A DNA stretch of 24,144 nt, taken from the IMG/VR virus record IMGVR_UViG_3300044448_003299, positions 1 through 24,144 of that record; one strand, 5' to 3'. The notes beneath the pieces are model-generated. The model worked only from the letters and a program-made list of their open reading frames with translations. It was not told where the DNA came from and ran no database searches. This document shows positions 7,234-17,426 of this stretch, piece after piece. Made by a program: the position numbers and the translations under genes. How positions within the stretch are numbered: position 1 is the first letter of the stretch; each line of letters begins with the position of its first letter. This stretch comes from a virus. Lineage: Duplodnaviria; Caudoviricetes.

Positions 7234-7241
7234 CAAATATA
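7234..7241 (-). promoter_or_regulatory. Bacteroidota -7 promoter element 3 nt upstream of ATG (leaderless)
   Basis: Minus strand TATATTTG-CGT-ATG, an exact TAnnTTTG match. Nearest TTTG is only 16 nt upstream (non-canonical spacing). Confidence 0.65.
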
Positions 7242-7251
7242 ATAATTTTAT

Positions 7252-10200
7252 TTAAAACAAACTAGAGTTAGATTCATTTACAGCAACACTACTTTGTGTT
7301 GATGATATATCAGATTCTGTTACTATAACTTGCTTACTATTAATACCTGTTATTATTTGTTGAGCCATAATTTCATTACTCATACCTCCTCCAACTTTAT
7401 TTAACATATTTGAAGTTCCTGGAGTAATACCACCATCAGCAAACTTTACACCTCCACCTGCTGCGTTCATAGCACTTAATTGTGGCCTAAACATATCAGT
7501 TGATCTTTTATTTATAACAGCTTCACCTCCCTCTAATTCAACAACTCTTCCTCCTGCATTAAATTTAACACCTCCTTGTGCGTGGCTAGGTCCATAAACC
7601 ATACCACCACCACCAAACTGAGGTATTAAACCACCCTTTTCTCCAACAAACTGTTGAGATGCTATTGTTGCAACTTGAGCTGCTGTTAAAGCTGCTATAA
7701 GTGGGCTAAACACAAATGTAGCAACACCTGTTTGAGCAGAAACTTTTGTCATAGCCAAAGCCCCATTTATAATAGCCTGAACAATGTTGTTTGCCTTTTC
7801 AGTTTTAAACCTTTTTCTTGCTATATCTTGTTGTTTCTTTTCAAGTTGTTCATCAAGAGTTTCTTGTCTCATAGCATAAACTTTTCTCATATTTTCTTGA
7901 GCCTCTTGATTGCCCTCTAAAAGTTCTAACTCTCTTTCTAATTCTGCAGCAAATTGTTTTGTTTTATTTTCGTGATACTGCTCATCTCTTTTCATTTGTA
8001 AATCAAGTTTATTGTTTTGTAGTTGACTAAACATATCAAAAATTTGATTATAAATATCTGCATAATGTTGTATTTGTTGAGCAAAAAGATCTTCCATCTC
8101 TTCAGCGTACTCAACTTCATTTTGCATTTGTTGTGCTTTAGCATCATTATTAATCCTTGTCCTTTCATCAGCAAACTGTTGTTCCATAGCAACTATTTCT
8201 TCATTTGTTGCTCCGTTTTTTTTCATATCATCAATAACCCTTTTCTCATCCTCCATTGATTGTTGTATTTTTAACAACCTCAACTCCTCAATCTTTTGCT
8301 TTTCCATATTAAAAATCATTGTAGCGACTTCTCTTGCTCTAGCAAACCTATTTTTACCTAAAAGTTTTTCTTTATTACCAGCATCATCTTCACCAATAGG
8401 AGTGTCACTTCTACCTCCAATCATTTTCTCTTGTGCTATAATAGCCTCAAGGTAACTTGCGTGTTCATCCATAGCCTTATGTTTACCCTCTAATGCTATG
8501 TTTTCCATTTCTCTTTCAAAACTTGCAGTTTGTTGAAGTAAGAATTGTATATTGTTTGCCATTTTTTGCTGTTCTTCGGCAATCATAGCATTTAAAACTT
8601 CTGTTAAGGTAAAAGCCTGTTCTGTTATTATTTGTTCACCATTTTCACCAATAGTTATAATTTCTGCCATAACTGTTGTAGTCATACCTTGAGTTCCATC
8701 TCCTGCTGTTTTGTAAACCTTTTCAAACTCTTTCATAGTTGCTTTTGAGAATTGTTTTAAAATATCATAGTTTTTTATAATACTTTTTGTATTTATAAAC
8801 TCTCCTGCCTCTTTACCACTTTTTAACCTCTCCCTTATTCTTTCAATTTCTGCTATGTTAGCGTAATTCAACTTAACCTCTTGTCGCATATCTTGTTCAT
8901 TAACCAACATTTTTGCTTTAGCCTGTTCTCTCTCTGATCTTAACTCATCTGAATGAAACTTTGCTTGAGCCTGTAATAGTTTTTTGTAATGATTTTTAGT
9001 TTTTTCAAGTCTAAATTTTTGCCCTTTAGATGATGATTTAGAAAGGTTTTTTTGACTTTTACTCATATTGTTTTGCAAATCCTCAATATGCCTAATTAGT
9101 TCTGCAACCTGAACACCAATGGTTTCATTTAAAGTTTTGTCTGCAAAACCAAGTTTAACAGACTCTGTTTGATAGTAAACTAAAAAATCATCCAAAGCCT
9201 TACCTTTATCCATTTGTCTATCTTTAAAAACTTCTGCTGCAGCCGTGCTTTGAGTCGCTTCTATATGATAGTATTCAGCCCATAGTGTTAGTGTGGCTAA
9301 TTTCTCCTCAGCCTCTTCTAAAAGTATTTCTTGTTTAGCCAAACCTGTGTCTCTATAGGATTCTAAATCTTCTAAATATAAACTTCTTAATTTTGCATAA
9401 TACTTATCTTGTTCATTACCCACCACAAGAGTTCCACTTTCAACATCCTCAATACCCTGTTTCATTTCATTTAACAACTCTGCTTTTTTACTATTTAATT
9501 GTTTTATCAAATCATCTAAACTTTCCTGATAATCACCTAACCACACCTCATTTTCTTTTGTAACATCTTGTATTTTAGGTAAAAATGTTTGGAACTTCCA
9601 AGGCTGTCCAGAAGATAATAACTCTGGTTGTTGTATCAACTCAAAAAAATCCAAATCCATTGTAGGACCACCTGCAGTACCACCTTGAATCTCCTCTATT
9701 ACCGCTTCAAATGCTAAATCCATAAGGTCAGAGTTATTTCTTGCAAATGCTTTAATCCAATCGTGTTTAGCCGTCTCTTTAACTCCTGAAGAACCAGGAG
9801 ACGCCCCCCTAAACATAGCAGTATTAAATGTGTTTGAAAACTTCTCAAATTCAGTAATCAGAACATCCATATCTTGAGTTAGTGTTTTTCCGTCAGGAAA
9901 TAATTTTCTAACATTCATATTAAATTCACCCCAAGGAAAATTATCCATATTTTTCATAAACTTAAATACATTCTCAAAATACTGTCTTTGAACAGCGTTT
10001 TGTAATTCGTATTGTTTTGTTGATGCTTCTAAATCCTCTATTTCTTCTGCTATTAATTTACCATTTGCACTTCTAGCAAAAGCAACATCAGCAGTTAATT
10101 GAATAACCTCTTTTTGGTTTGCAATTAATATATCATAGTTCTTAAAAACATCAGGAAACATATCATTTAGTTTTTTCAACTCTTCTCTATATTCTTTAGA

Positions 10201-11847
10201 ACCAAATGTTGTGTTCATTACAGCAGTTTGTTGTTCTTCAAAAGCAGTTTTAAGTCTTTCAAGTTTTAATGTTTCTTCATCCATTTCTTCACCCCAACTA
10301 CTAAATAATGCTATAGCCCCACCAATCAATGTAAATAATAAACCCCAAGGTGTTGCAGCTAAAACAGTATTAAAAGTCCTCATAGCAATAGTTGAACCTT
10401 TTGCTGTAACAGTCATTCTTCCTAGAGCCACAGTAGCCCCTTTAAGCCCACCGTGATACAATGCGGTTGTTATTCTTAAAGCGGCTTTTGCTGTATTAAG
10501 AAGCCAAGTACCTGCCGTAAGGCCTATAGTAGCAGTTTTCCATAAAGCCATTTTAATTAACAAACCACCAATAGCCCCTACCAAAAAGATTACTGTACTC
10601 CTAAATATAGAAAGTGCTTTTTCACTACCTGCAAATGCTTGTAAAAGTCTCGTAAAACTTTCCACAGCCTGTCTTAATGTAACATCAAAAGTGTCACCCA
10701 TAGCAATACCTAAACCCTCTAAAGCAGATTGCATTAAAACAATATCACCCTCTAAGGTGTTTAATCTTATTGCAGCCATTTCTCTTGCAGCCCCATCTGC
10801 AAGTACAAGTTCATTTCTTAAATCCGCTAAACCATCAGCAGTCTCTATTAATGTAAGAAAAGCAGGTGTTGCTCTTTTTTCTAATAATTCAGCTGCTTGT
10901 GTAGCCCCAAAAGCATCTTCTTTTAATCTTTGTAAGTGCTTAACTAAATCATCCAAACTATTAACAGGTCCACCTAAATGTTTTGCTAAATCAGAATTAG
11001 CATCACCAAGTTTTAAGAATATATTTTTTAAGGCATTACCTGCAATAGAACCGTGTAAACCTGAGTCAGCAAGTTTCATTAACATAGCAGTTGTTTCTTC
11101 TACTGTAAAACCAACATTCCTAGCAATAGGAGCAACAAATTTCATTGATTCTGTAAACCTTTCAAGATTCAAGGCTGATCCTGTAAAAGAATTTGCCATA
11201 ACATCAACAACCCTTGCTGTTTGAGTAGCTTCATAACCAAAAGCCCTTAAAACAGAACCTGCAGTAGCAGCAGCATTTGCTAAATCCTCACCTGTAGCAG
11301 CGGCTAAATCAACAGTAGCAGATTGTGCTTGTAAAATTTCTTCAGTAGTAAAACCAAGTCTTGCGTACTCTTCTTGTAGTTTTGCTATTTGAGCTGCACT
11401 ATAAACGGTAGTTCTACCAAGTTCTAGTGCTGTTTTTTCTAATTTCTCAAACTCTTCATTAGTCGCTCCTGATATTGCCTTTACAGCAGCCATCCTAGAC
11501 TCAAACTCTCTAAAAACACTAATCATACCTCTAACACCACCTGCAATAGCCCTAACAGTAAAAGCTGCGGCTATAGCAATAGCAGCTGATTGAAATACAT
11601 TAACCATACTCCTACCTGCTCCTGTAACTTGTTTTGTGGCAGCGGCCACTTGATGGGCTTTTGTTTTTGTGGCCTCAAGTTCAGTATTCAATTTTTTAGT
11701 GCTTTGAGTTTGCTGATCAATTCCTTTTTTGGAATTTTTAGCCCCCTTTTGCATATTGTTCAACTCTTTATTAGCATCTTTCAATAATCTTTGTAGATTT
11801 TCAAGTTGCTTTAAATCTGCCTGAAATGTATATAAAGTTTTAGCCAT
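7252..11847 (-). CDS. Tail tape measure protein (TP901-family core), 1531 aa
   Basis: AVKAISGAT.EEF..L...A.ELG.TT.YSA.Q core, Ala/Gly-rich hydrophobic segment, long coiled coils, C-terminal GPSHAQGG...ELEGGEAVINKRST motif. Confidence 0.95.
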   Translation of the reverse strand: MAKTLYTFQADLKQLENLQRLLKDANKELNNMQKGAKNSKKGIDQQTQSTKKLNTELEATKTKAHQVAAATKQVTGAGRSMVNVFQSAAIAIAAAFTVRAIAGGVRGMISVFREFESRMAAVKAISGATNEEFEKLEKTALELGRTTVYSAAQIAKLQEEYARLGFTTEEILQAQSATVDLAAATGEDLANAAATAGSVLRAFGYEATQTARVVDVMANSFTGSALNLERFTESMKFVAPIARNVGFTVEETTAMLMKLADSGLHGSIAGNALKNIFLKLGDANSDLAKHLGGPVNSLDDLVKHLQRLKEDAFGATQAAELLEKRATPAFLTLIETADGLADLRNELVLADGAAREMAAIRLNTLEGDIVLMQSALEGLGIAMGDTFDVTLRQAVESFTRLLQAFAGSEKALSIFRSTVIFLVGAIGGLLIKMALWKTATIGLTAGTWLLNTAKAALRITTALYHGGLKGATVALGRMTVTAKGSTIAMRTFNTVLAATPWGLLFTLIGGAIALFSSWGEEMDEETLKLERLKTAFEEQQTAVMNTTFGSKEYREELKKLNDMFPDVFKNYDILIANQKEVIQLTADVAFARSANGKLIAEEIEDLEASTKQYELQNAVQRQYFENVFKFMKNMDNFPWGEFNMNVRKLFPDGKTLTQDMDVLITEFEKFSNTFNTAMFRGASPGSSGVKETAKHDWIKAFARNNSDLMDLAFEAVIEEIQGGTAGGPTMDLDFFELIQQPELLSSGQPWKFQTFLPKIQDVTKENEVWLGDYQESLDDLIKQLNSKKAELLNEMKQGIEDVESGTLVVGNEQDKYYAKLRSLYLEDLESYRDTGLAKQEILLEEAEEKLATLTLWAEYYHIEATQSTAAAEVFKDRQMDKGKALDDFLVYYQTESVKLGFADKTLNETIGVQVAELIRHIEDLQNNMSKSQKNLSKSSSKGQKFRLEKTKNHYKKLLQAQAKFHSDELRSEREQAKAKMLVNEQDMRQEVKLNYANIAEIERIRERLKSGKEAGEFINTKSIIKNYDILKQFSKATMKEFEKVYKTAGDGTQGMTTTVMAEIITIGENGEQIITEQAFTLTEVLNAMIAEEQQKMANNIQFLLQQTASFEREMENIALEGKHKAMDEHASYLEAIIAQEKMIGGRSDTPIGEDDAGNKEKLLGKNRFARAREVATMIFNMEKQKIEELRLLKIQQSMEDEKRVIDDMKKNGATNEEIVAMEQQFADERTRINNDAKAQQMQNEVEYAEEMEDLFAQQIQHYADIYNQIFDMFSQLQNNKLDLQMKRDEQYHENKTKQFAAELERELELLEGNQEAQENMRKVYAMRQETLDEQLEKKQQDIARKRFKTEKANNIVQAIINGALAMTKVSAQTGVATFVFSPLIAALTAAQVATIASQQFVGEKGGLIPQFGGGGMVYGPSHAQGGVKFNAGGRVVELEGGEAVINKRSTDMFRPQLSAMNAAGGGVKFADGGITPGTSNMLNKVGGGMSNEIMAQQIITGINSKQVIVTESDISSTQSSVAVNESNSSLF

Positions 11848-14800
11848 CTCTTAAATATAATTTTTTAATGTCACCATATTGGTTTTTATAATAAATATCA
11901 CTTATTGTTGTTTCGTCTCCTGAGCCTATTTCTGCTACTATTTTACCACCATAATACTTTATCTCACCCCCTTTTGTTACTGTTAGTGCATTTTGTCTTA
12001 CAACCCCTACAGTTTGGTTTCTTTTATTTTTAAGTTCATAACCACTACCAATAACTAAAGAAGAACTTGCTGTTCTCTTGTTATATTTACCAAGAACGGT
12101 TTGTTTTCCTTTTGCATTTACATTATGTCCTATAGCAATACCTGTTCCACGAACTGAATTTTTAGTATTATTATCAACAGCAAAACCTCTTTCACCACTT
12201 TGTGATACAGTATATTTAGTATTATTTTTTCTTGCACTACCACTACCTTTCTTCATTCTAACCCTTTCTCTTTTTCTCTTCCCCTCAATCTTATCATTAT
12301 AAGGAGGGTTTTTACTAGGACCAATTTGTTGTTTAGTATAATTTTCATCTTGTCCCTTAACTCTAGGTGGTAAATCAAATTGAACTAACTCAACTTTTGT
12401 TAATTCATCTTTGCCTGGCTTATAATCAATTATTTTATTTATAGTCCAATATGTGCAAATACCATCTATTTTTAATTTAATAACATCTCTATAATCTAAT
12501 TGTTCAACATCAGCTTCCCTTAAAGCCATTTTACAAGTCCTTAAAGCAGCTCCTCCACTAACTTTATCGTGTAGTTTTTTCCAATACTTTGTAAATAAAC
12601 CAGGGCTAACATCACCATTTGAATGAGTCACATCATCCCAATGTAAACTATAAGGGTCAGCATTAAAAGAGCCATAATCATAAGCCCCACAAGACGGCCA
12701 CCTGTCTGAAGTTAAACTTAAACCATCCATTACTATTTGGAAACTATCATTTTTAGTTCCATAATAATTAAGAATCCTAGGTCCAAAACTATATGATGAA
12801 TCAGGCCTTTCTGTATCAGTCATAATATCACTCCAAACACCACTAAAAGTAGAAAACTCATCATTCTCTTCTTCAATAATACCAAGTAAATCTTCTCCAC
12901 TCCAAAGAACAGGCATCCAATAAGAACTACCACCTGAATAAAACTGAGGAGAGAAAGTTCTATCGTTTAAGTGCATTGTGCTATTAAAAACAGTTGTTCC
13001 ATTATCAACCTCTTCTTTTCTATACAACTCTCCTGACTCTATTCTTTTAGCGAACCAAAAATCAGGCTCATTTTCTTTTTCCCATTCATTTATTGGACCA
13101 TCAGAACCATCTGTTTTATATTTATAATTTATTAACTTTGCTAAGTCATCAATAATAAATTTATCAGTCCAAGAAGAGTGATCAAGTTTAGATGTCCAAT
13201 CTCGTATTATACCTGTTCCATAAAAATCATCATAAGGCTCAACATAAATAGTTTTCTTTTCGTTATCAGCAGTCCAATGAAGATTAAAAAGTTCTGTTAA
13301 ACCTTTTATTAAATCAAGTTGTTTCATTTTACAACCTAATGCTTTCGCAGGACTCATAACAGATGGTGGAGCATCATCTGCAAATGGTTCAGGGAATATA
13401 AGTAGTTCTATATCTTTAACATCCAAATACATTTTACCTATATTAGTGTTATACCCAAAATAACCAACATTTATAAGGTCACCTGCTTCTAATCTTATAG
13501 TACACTCCATACCCCTAGACATCCAATACTGTCCATCATCATAACCACCACCTCCTGTGTCACCACTTACTCCTGCAGCTGGGGGGTCCTCAAATAACAA
13601 CCAAGTCCAATCACCCTCTGAAAAACAATCTAATTCAGGGCAGGTAGTACAATCACTACAACCAAAAGGGTTTGTATCAAAGTAACTTTCACTAAAAGGT
13701 ATTGTGTTGCCATAAGGCACTTCATCAATAAAAGAAAAATCAAAGTTAAAATCACTACCTGTTAAAGTGTTATTAACAACATCATCACCAAACATCATAG
13801 GCTCATCCCAATTACCATTAAAAGATACTGTGTTAGCCAAAGAATCTTCTCTTCTATGTATAATCCTCCAACTATCTCCATAAAGAGGGTGTGTAGGCCT
13901 TTTGATAAGCCATTTTACAACTAACCATTTATTTGAACCTGCTCCACTCCATCTAACTTGAGTGTCAAATCTCATTCTGTAATAACCTGTAAAAGGAACT
14001 AGATAACCACCCTCTGGGTTGCAGTCATTATTATTAGCAGGGTCACCAATCCAATTACCACCCTGGTCACTAATTGCAGATAGTCTTGGTAAATAACAAC
14101 CTACTCTATTATTAAAAAAAGGAGCGCCTGTACTATATTCTGTGTCTAATTTACCATAACCTGACTCATTATTTCCACGGCAATTAACATTATTCCAAAA
14201 CTGATAATCTCCTGCACTTGCAAGAACCTTATTATTACCATCAATACCTAACATATCATCTAAATTATCATACTCTTCACCACTAGTATATGGCAGTATT
14301 AATCTATTAAAGTGTGATGATACCATAAAATTACTTTGAACTCTATAACCTATGTTTTGGAAAATTTTTTCTATTAGGTATCTAACATAATATGCAGGGT
14401 GGAAATCCTTTCCACTTTTACGCCCATCAGAATCTATCATATTATTCCATTTACCATAATTTATAGCAGGGTAAACATAACCCAATCCTGTTCCTTGTTC
14501 TGCAGACCACTCCCAATTACCATTAGGATTATACTCACCTCTATCACTACCACTTGAAATATCCCAAGTTTGAGTTATAGTAGGCCAATTTACTATTTCA
14601 GTATCTAGTGTTATAGGATTTGTTACTTCTGATTGATAACCAAAATCAACAGTTTTATAATGAACAGGTATTGCTAAATCACATAATTTATCCTCACCTA
14701 TCAGGTTTGGCCACCAACTAGGATCTTCTATAATATGGCAGGTATATTTACCACCTTTACCTGATATAGCCTGTTCTATTCTTGCGTAACCTTTAAAAAC

Positions 14801-17425
14801 ATATATGCCATTAGATTTTATTCTTGCTGGTCTCCATTGTATAGATTCTTTAGGCCTGTAAGCAGTAGTTCCTGATATAGCCTTTAACACTCTTTGATTA
14901 TGTTTGTTTTGTGGTAACTCAAATGTTTTAGAATAACCTGAGTTTCTTTTTTTAATATCTTTACAATCACCTGAATTAAAAGTTAAAGAAACAGGTGTAT
15001 TTTGCTCATCTAATATATCTAAGTATTCCCATTTTTGTTTAGTAACAGTTAAATCCCAAGAGTCGGTTATATTATATTGATAATCAACTATAACATCAAC
15101 ATCTTCATATTCATAATCAACAACATCCCAACCATAAACAGGTTGTTGTTCATAAGTAGGAGAGTATTCCCATACATCTTCATACTCTGTGCTTACTTGC
15201 ATTTGAGCAGGAGCAACTCTAACTTCATCTATTTTAACAGAATAAGGTTGTGTGTCATCTATAGGAACTATTCTTAACCACTCCCAATGAGATAATTTTT
15301 GGTTTGCATCTTCACCAAAAGTACCTCCTGGGTAATGGTAATCTATATACTGTTGATAATGATACCAATATCCTGACATACCTACTCCTCCACCATAATT
15401 ATCTCTTACAGGGGCTGAAAGTATATCATAATTATATAATTGAGATACAGGCTTGTAATTACTATCAGAATATGCTCTAGGAACAAAAGCCCAATTTCTA
15501 ATACTACCACCTGCTGCTGTTACCGTGTTTGGATTATCTTCATTTAATGTATGAAAAACATAAGGAGGTTGTCCCCAACAATTTATTAATTCTCCTGTTC
15601 CAGGATCAGTAACTTGCTCCATAGTGTCTCTCTGAAAAGTATTGAAAACATCTCCTATTATTTCTATCTTACAATTATTAAAGGCACTTGCCTTAACTGC
15701 TATATTAATTCCATAATTTTGCGCCCATAAATTACTATCATTACACCAATAATTTTTAGCAGAAGAACGCCAACCTAAATAACCTCTTTTACCGTATGTA
15801 CTAAAGAATGTTTTAGAATAACCACTATTAGACATTATATAAGAGCCTATCCAACCTTGGTTACTTAATTGATATGGGGCTGCTTCAAAAGTTGAAGTTT
15901 GTGTAGGTAGATATTCACTATTAAACTCTAATCCTGTTTCATTATATGTGTCATCTGATTGACTTGCTTTACCCCATATTTGTGTTGGCCTAAAACCATC
16001 ACCGTGTAACCAATGCGAAACAACTCCGTGATAATATCTAAAAAAATCAGCAGGATCACCACCATTCCAATCAACACCTGGTATTAAATTAATCCACTCT
16101 CCTAATTCAAGGTTTCCTGGTCCTTTTACAAATAATTTATCTTCATAAGCATCTAGTATATCAAAAGTTAAAACGCCATCATAAGGAGCATCATCCCATC
16201 TTATATATTGCCCTGTAGCACAACCATCATATTCTCCTGTTGTGTCATCATCTCTATAACTTGGAATAGTAGTATTAGGCATAATCCATGACCTTGGGTA
16301 TAAATAAAGAGTTCTACCCTGCACACTTTCGTGTCCACTCATAGCCTCTCCATTATATTGAGATTCGTGCATAAAGTTATACCAAAGATTATCATTATCC
16401 TCATCTAACTCGTCATTATAACCTATCCACCCTGTGTGTATGATTTCATTACAAATATGAACACTTCTATGCCCCCAACTACCAAAACCCTCCCAAGAAT
16501 CATCAAAAGGCCAATAACTATCTTGTACTATACTAGGATAATACTCGGGATCCATAATGCCATTCATATCGGAATCATATATAAACCCCTCATAATCCCA
16601 TTCGCCTATTGCAAATGTTCCAAAACTACATTTCCTTGAAGCAGAAAAATCTGATGTTGTTGCGTTAAACCAAGCAAATTGTCTGCAAGTAAACTCAATA
16701 ACTTGCTCATTTTTTGCTAACATAGCATCTTGATCTAACCAATTCCCCCCTATAAAAGGTTCTACAGGAGGAAAACCATTATCATTTGGTGGAAAAGCGA
16801 AATCAAATGAGTTAATCCAAGCTGCTGATTCAGGCCAAGCATTTTCAGTAGAAAGCCCTCCTGATAATTCTGATTGCTCTAAGCCTGTTGTGTCTGTTAT
16901 CCAATCATTATTAAAGGTATTTCTACCGTATGTTTTAACATCCATAATCTCTATGCCGTCAAAATCATCTGCAGGGTCAACATCACCTTTTCCTGTAACT
17001 ATACCTTGTGTTGATTTAGCCCCTGGCCTAGCCATATTGCAATTATTCTGTCCTCTTCTTGAATACATTTCATAGTCACCACACATAGATGGTCCGTAAA
17101 CATTCTTGAAATCAGCAGCAATACCTGTAGCGGGATCAAGGAAACCATTATCTGAACCAAAGTCACCATCAGATATATAAGTACCACCCATTCTCCACCA
17201 CCTAGTTTTACCGCCCTCGTAAGTAACCTGTTCTATCTGCCCTGTTATAACCCACTCTAATCCTGAAAAAACCCATTCCCATCCTGTCTGAACTTCTCCA
17301 TATATTTCTGTCACTATAGTTTCAGTTCCCCATATTGGACTTGATTCTATAACCTCCCCTGAGTCACTAAAACTAACAGGTTCTCCAACCTCAAGAATTA
17401 AACCTTTTCCTTTTGTATTTGCCAT
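11840..17425 (-). CDS. Large tail-tip/baseplate hub protein with inserted domains, 1861 aa
   Basis: Hub-like core starts at about residue 799 (YLDILDE..PVSLTF...KDIKKRNSGYSKTFELP). Later motifs: Q.DLIKGL.ELFNL, YVEPYDDFY, RDWTSKLD, INKIIDYKPG. Adjacent to the tape measure gene. Confidence 0.8.
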   Translation of the reverse strand: MANTKGKGLILEVGEPVSFSDSGEVIESSPIWGTETIVTEIYGEVQTGWEWVFSGLEWVITGQIEQVTYEGGKTRWWRMGGTYISDGDFGSDNGFLDPATGIAADFKNVYGPSMCGDYEMYSRRGQNNCNMARPGAKSTQGIVTGKGDVDPADDFDGIEIMDVKTYGRNTFNNDWITDTTGLEQSELSGGLSTENAWPESAAWINSFDFAFPPNDNGFPPVEPFIGGNWLDQDAMLAKNEQVIEFTCRQFAWFNATTSDFSASRKCSFGTFAIGEWDYEGFIYDSDMNGIMDPEYYPSIVQDSYWPFDDSWEGFGSWGHRSVHICNEIIHTGWIGYNDELDEDNDNLWYNFMHESQYNGEAMSGHESVQGRTLYLYPRSWIMPNTTIPSYRDDDTTGEYDGCATGQYIRWDDAPYDGVLTFDILDAYEDKLFVKGPGNLELGEWINLIPGVDWNGGDPADFFRYYHGVVSHWLHGDGFRPTQIWGKASQSDDTYNETGLEFNSEYLPTQTSTFEAAPYQLSNQGWIGSYIMSNSGYSKTFFSTYGKRGYLGWRSSAKNYWCNDSNLWAQNYGINIAVKASAFNNCKIEIIGDVFNTFQRDTMEQVTDPGTGELINCWGQPPYVFHTLNEDNPNTVTAAGGSIRNWAFVPRAYSDSNYKPVSQLYNYDILSAPVRDNYGGGVGMSGYWYHYQQYIDYHYPGGTFGEDANQKLSHWEWLRIVPIDDTQPYSVKIDEVRVAPAQMQVSTEYEDVWEYSPTYEQQPVYGWDVVDYEYEDVDVIVDYQYNITDSWDLTVTKQKWEYLDILDEQNTPVSLTFNSGDCKDIKKRNSGYSKTFELPQNKHNQRVLKAISGTTAYRPKESIQWRPARIKSNGIYVFKGYARIEQAISGKGGKYTCHIIEDPSWWPNLIGEDKLCDLAIPVHYKTVDFGYQSEVTNPITLDTEIVNWPTITQTWDISSGSDRGEYNPNGNWEWSAEQGTGLGYVYPAINYGKWNNMIDSDGRKSGKDFHPAYYVRYLIEKIFQNIGYRVQSNFMVSSHFNRLILPYTSGEEYDNLDDMLGIDGNNKVLASAGDYQFWNNVNCRGNNESGYGKLDTEYSTGAPFFNNRVGCYLPRLSAISDQGGNWIGDPANNNDCNPEGGYLVPFTGYYRMRFDTQVRWSGAGSNKWLVVKWLIKRPTHPLYGDSWRIIHRREDSLANTVSFNGNWDEPMMFGDDVVNNTLTGSDFNFDFSFIDEVPYGNTIPFSESYFDTNPFGCSDCTTCPELDCFSEGDWTWLLFEDPPAAGVSGDTGGGGYDDGQYWMSRGMECTIRLEAGDLINVGYFGYNTNIGKMYLDVKDIELLIFPEPFADDAPPSVMSPAKALGCKMKQLDLIKGLTELFNLHWTADNEKKTIYVEPYDDFYGTGIIRDWTSKLDHSSWTDKFIIDDLAKLINYKYKTDGSDGPINEWEKENEPDFWFAKRIESGELYRKEEVDNGTTVFNSTMHLNDRTFSPQFYSGGSSYWMPVLWSGEDLLGIIEEENDEFSTFSGVWSDIMTDTERPDSSYSFGPRILNYYGTKNDSFQIVMDGLSLTSDRWPSCGAYDYGSFNADPYSLHWDDVTHSNGDVSPGLFTKYWKKLHDKVSGGAALRTCKMALREADVEQLDYRDVIKLKIDGICTYWTINKIIDYKPGKDELTKVELVQFDLPPRVKGQDENYTKQQIGPSKNPPYNDKIEGKRKRERVRMKKGSGSARKNNTKYTVSQSGERGFAVDNNTKNSVRGTGIAIGHNVNAKGKQTVLGKYNKRTASSSLVIGSGYELKNKRNQTVGVVRQNALTVTKGGEIKYYGGKIVAEIGSGDETTISDIYYKNQYGDIKKLYLRDG

Positions 17426-17426
17426 A

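Noticed and set aside
7732-11787. ORFs 7732-7920, 7992-8192, 8023-8259, 10211-10456, 10691-11224, 11590-11787
   Set aside because: All lie within the tape measure gene; antisense or off-frame products of its codon bias.
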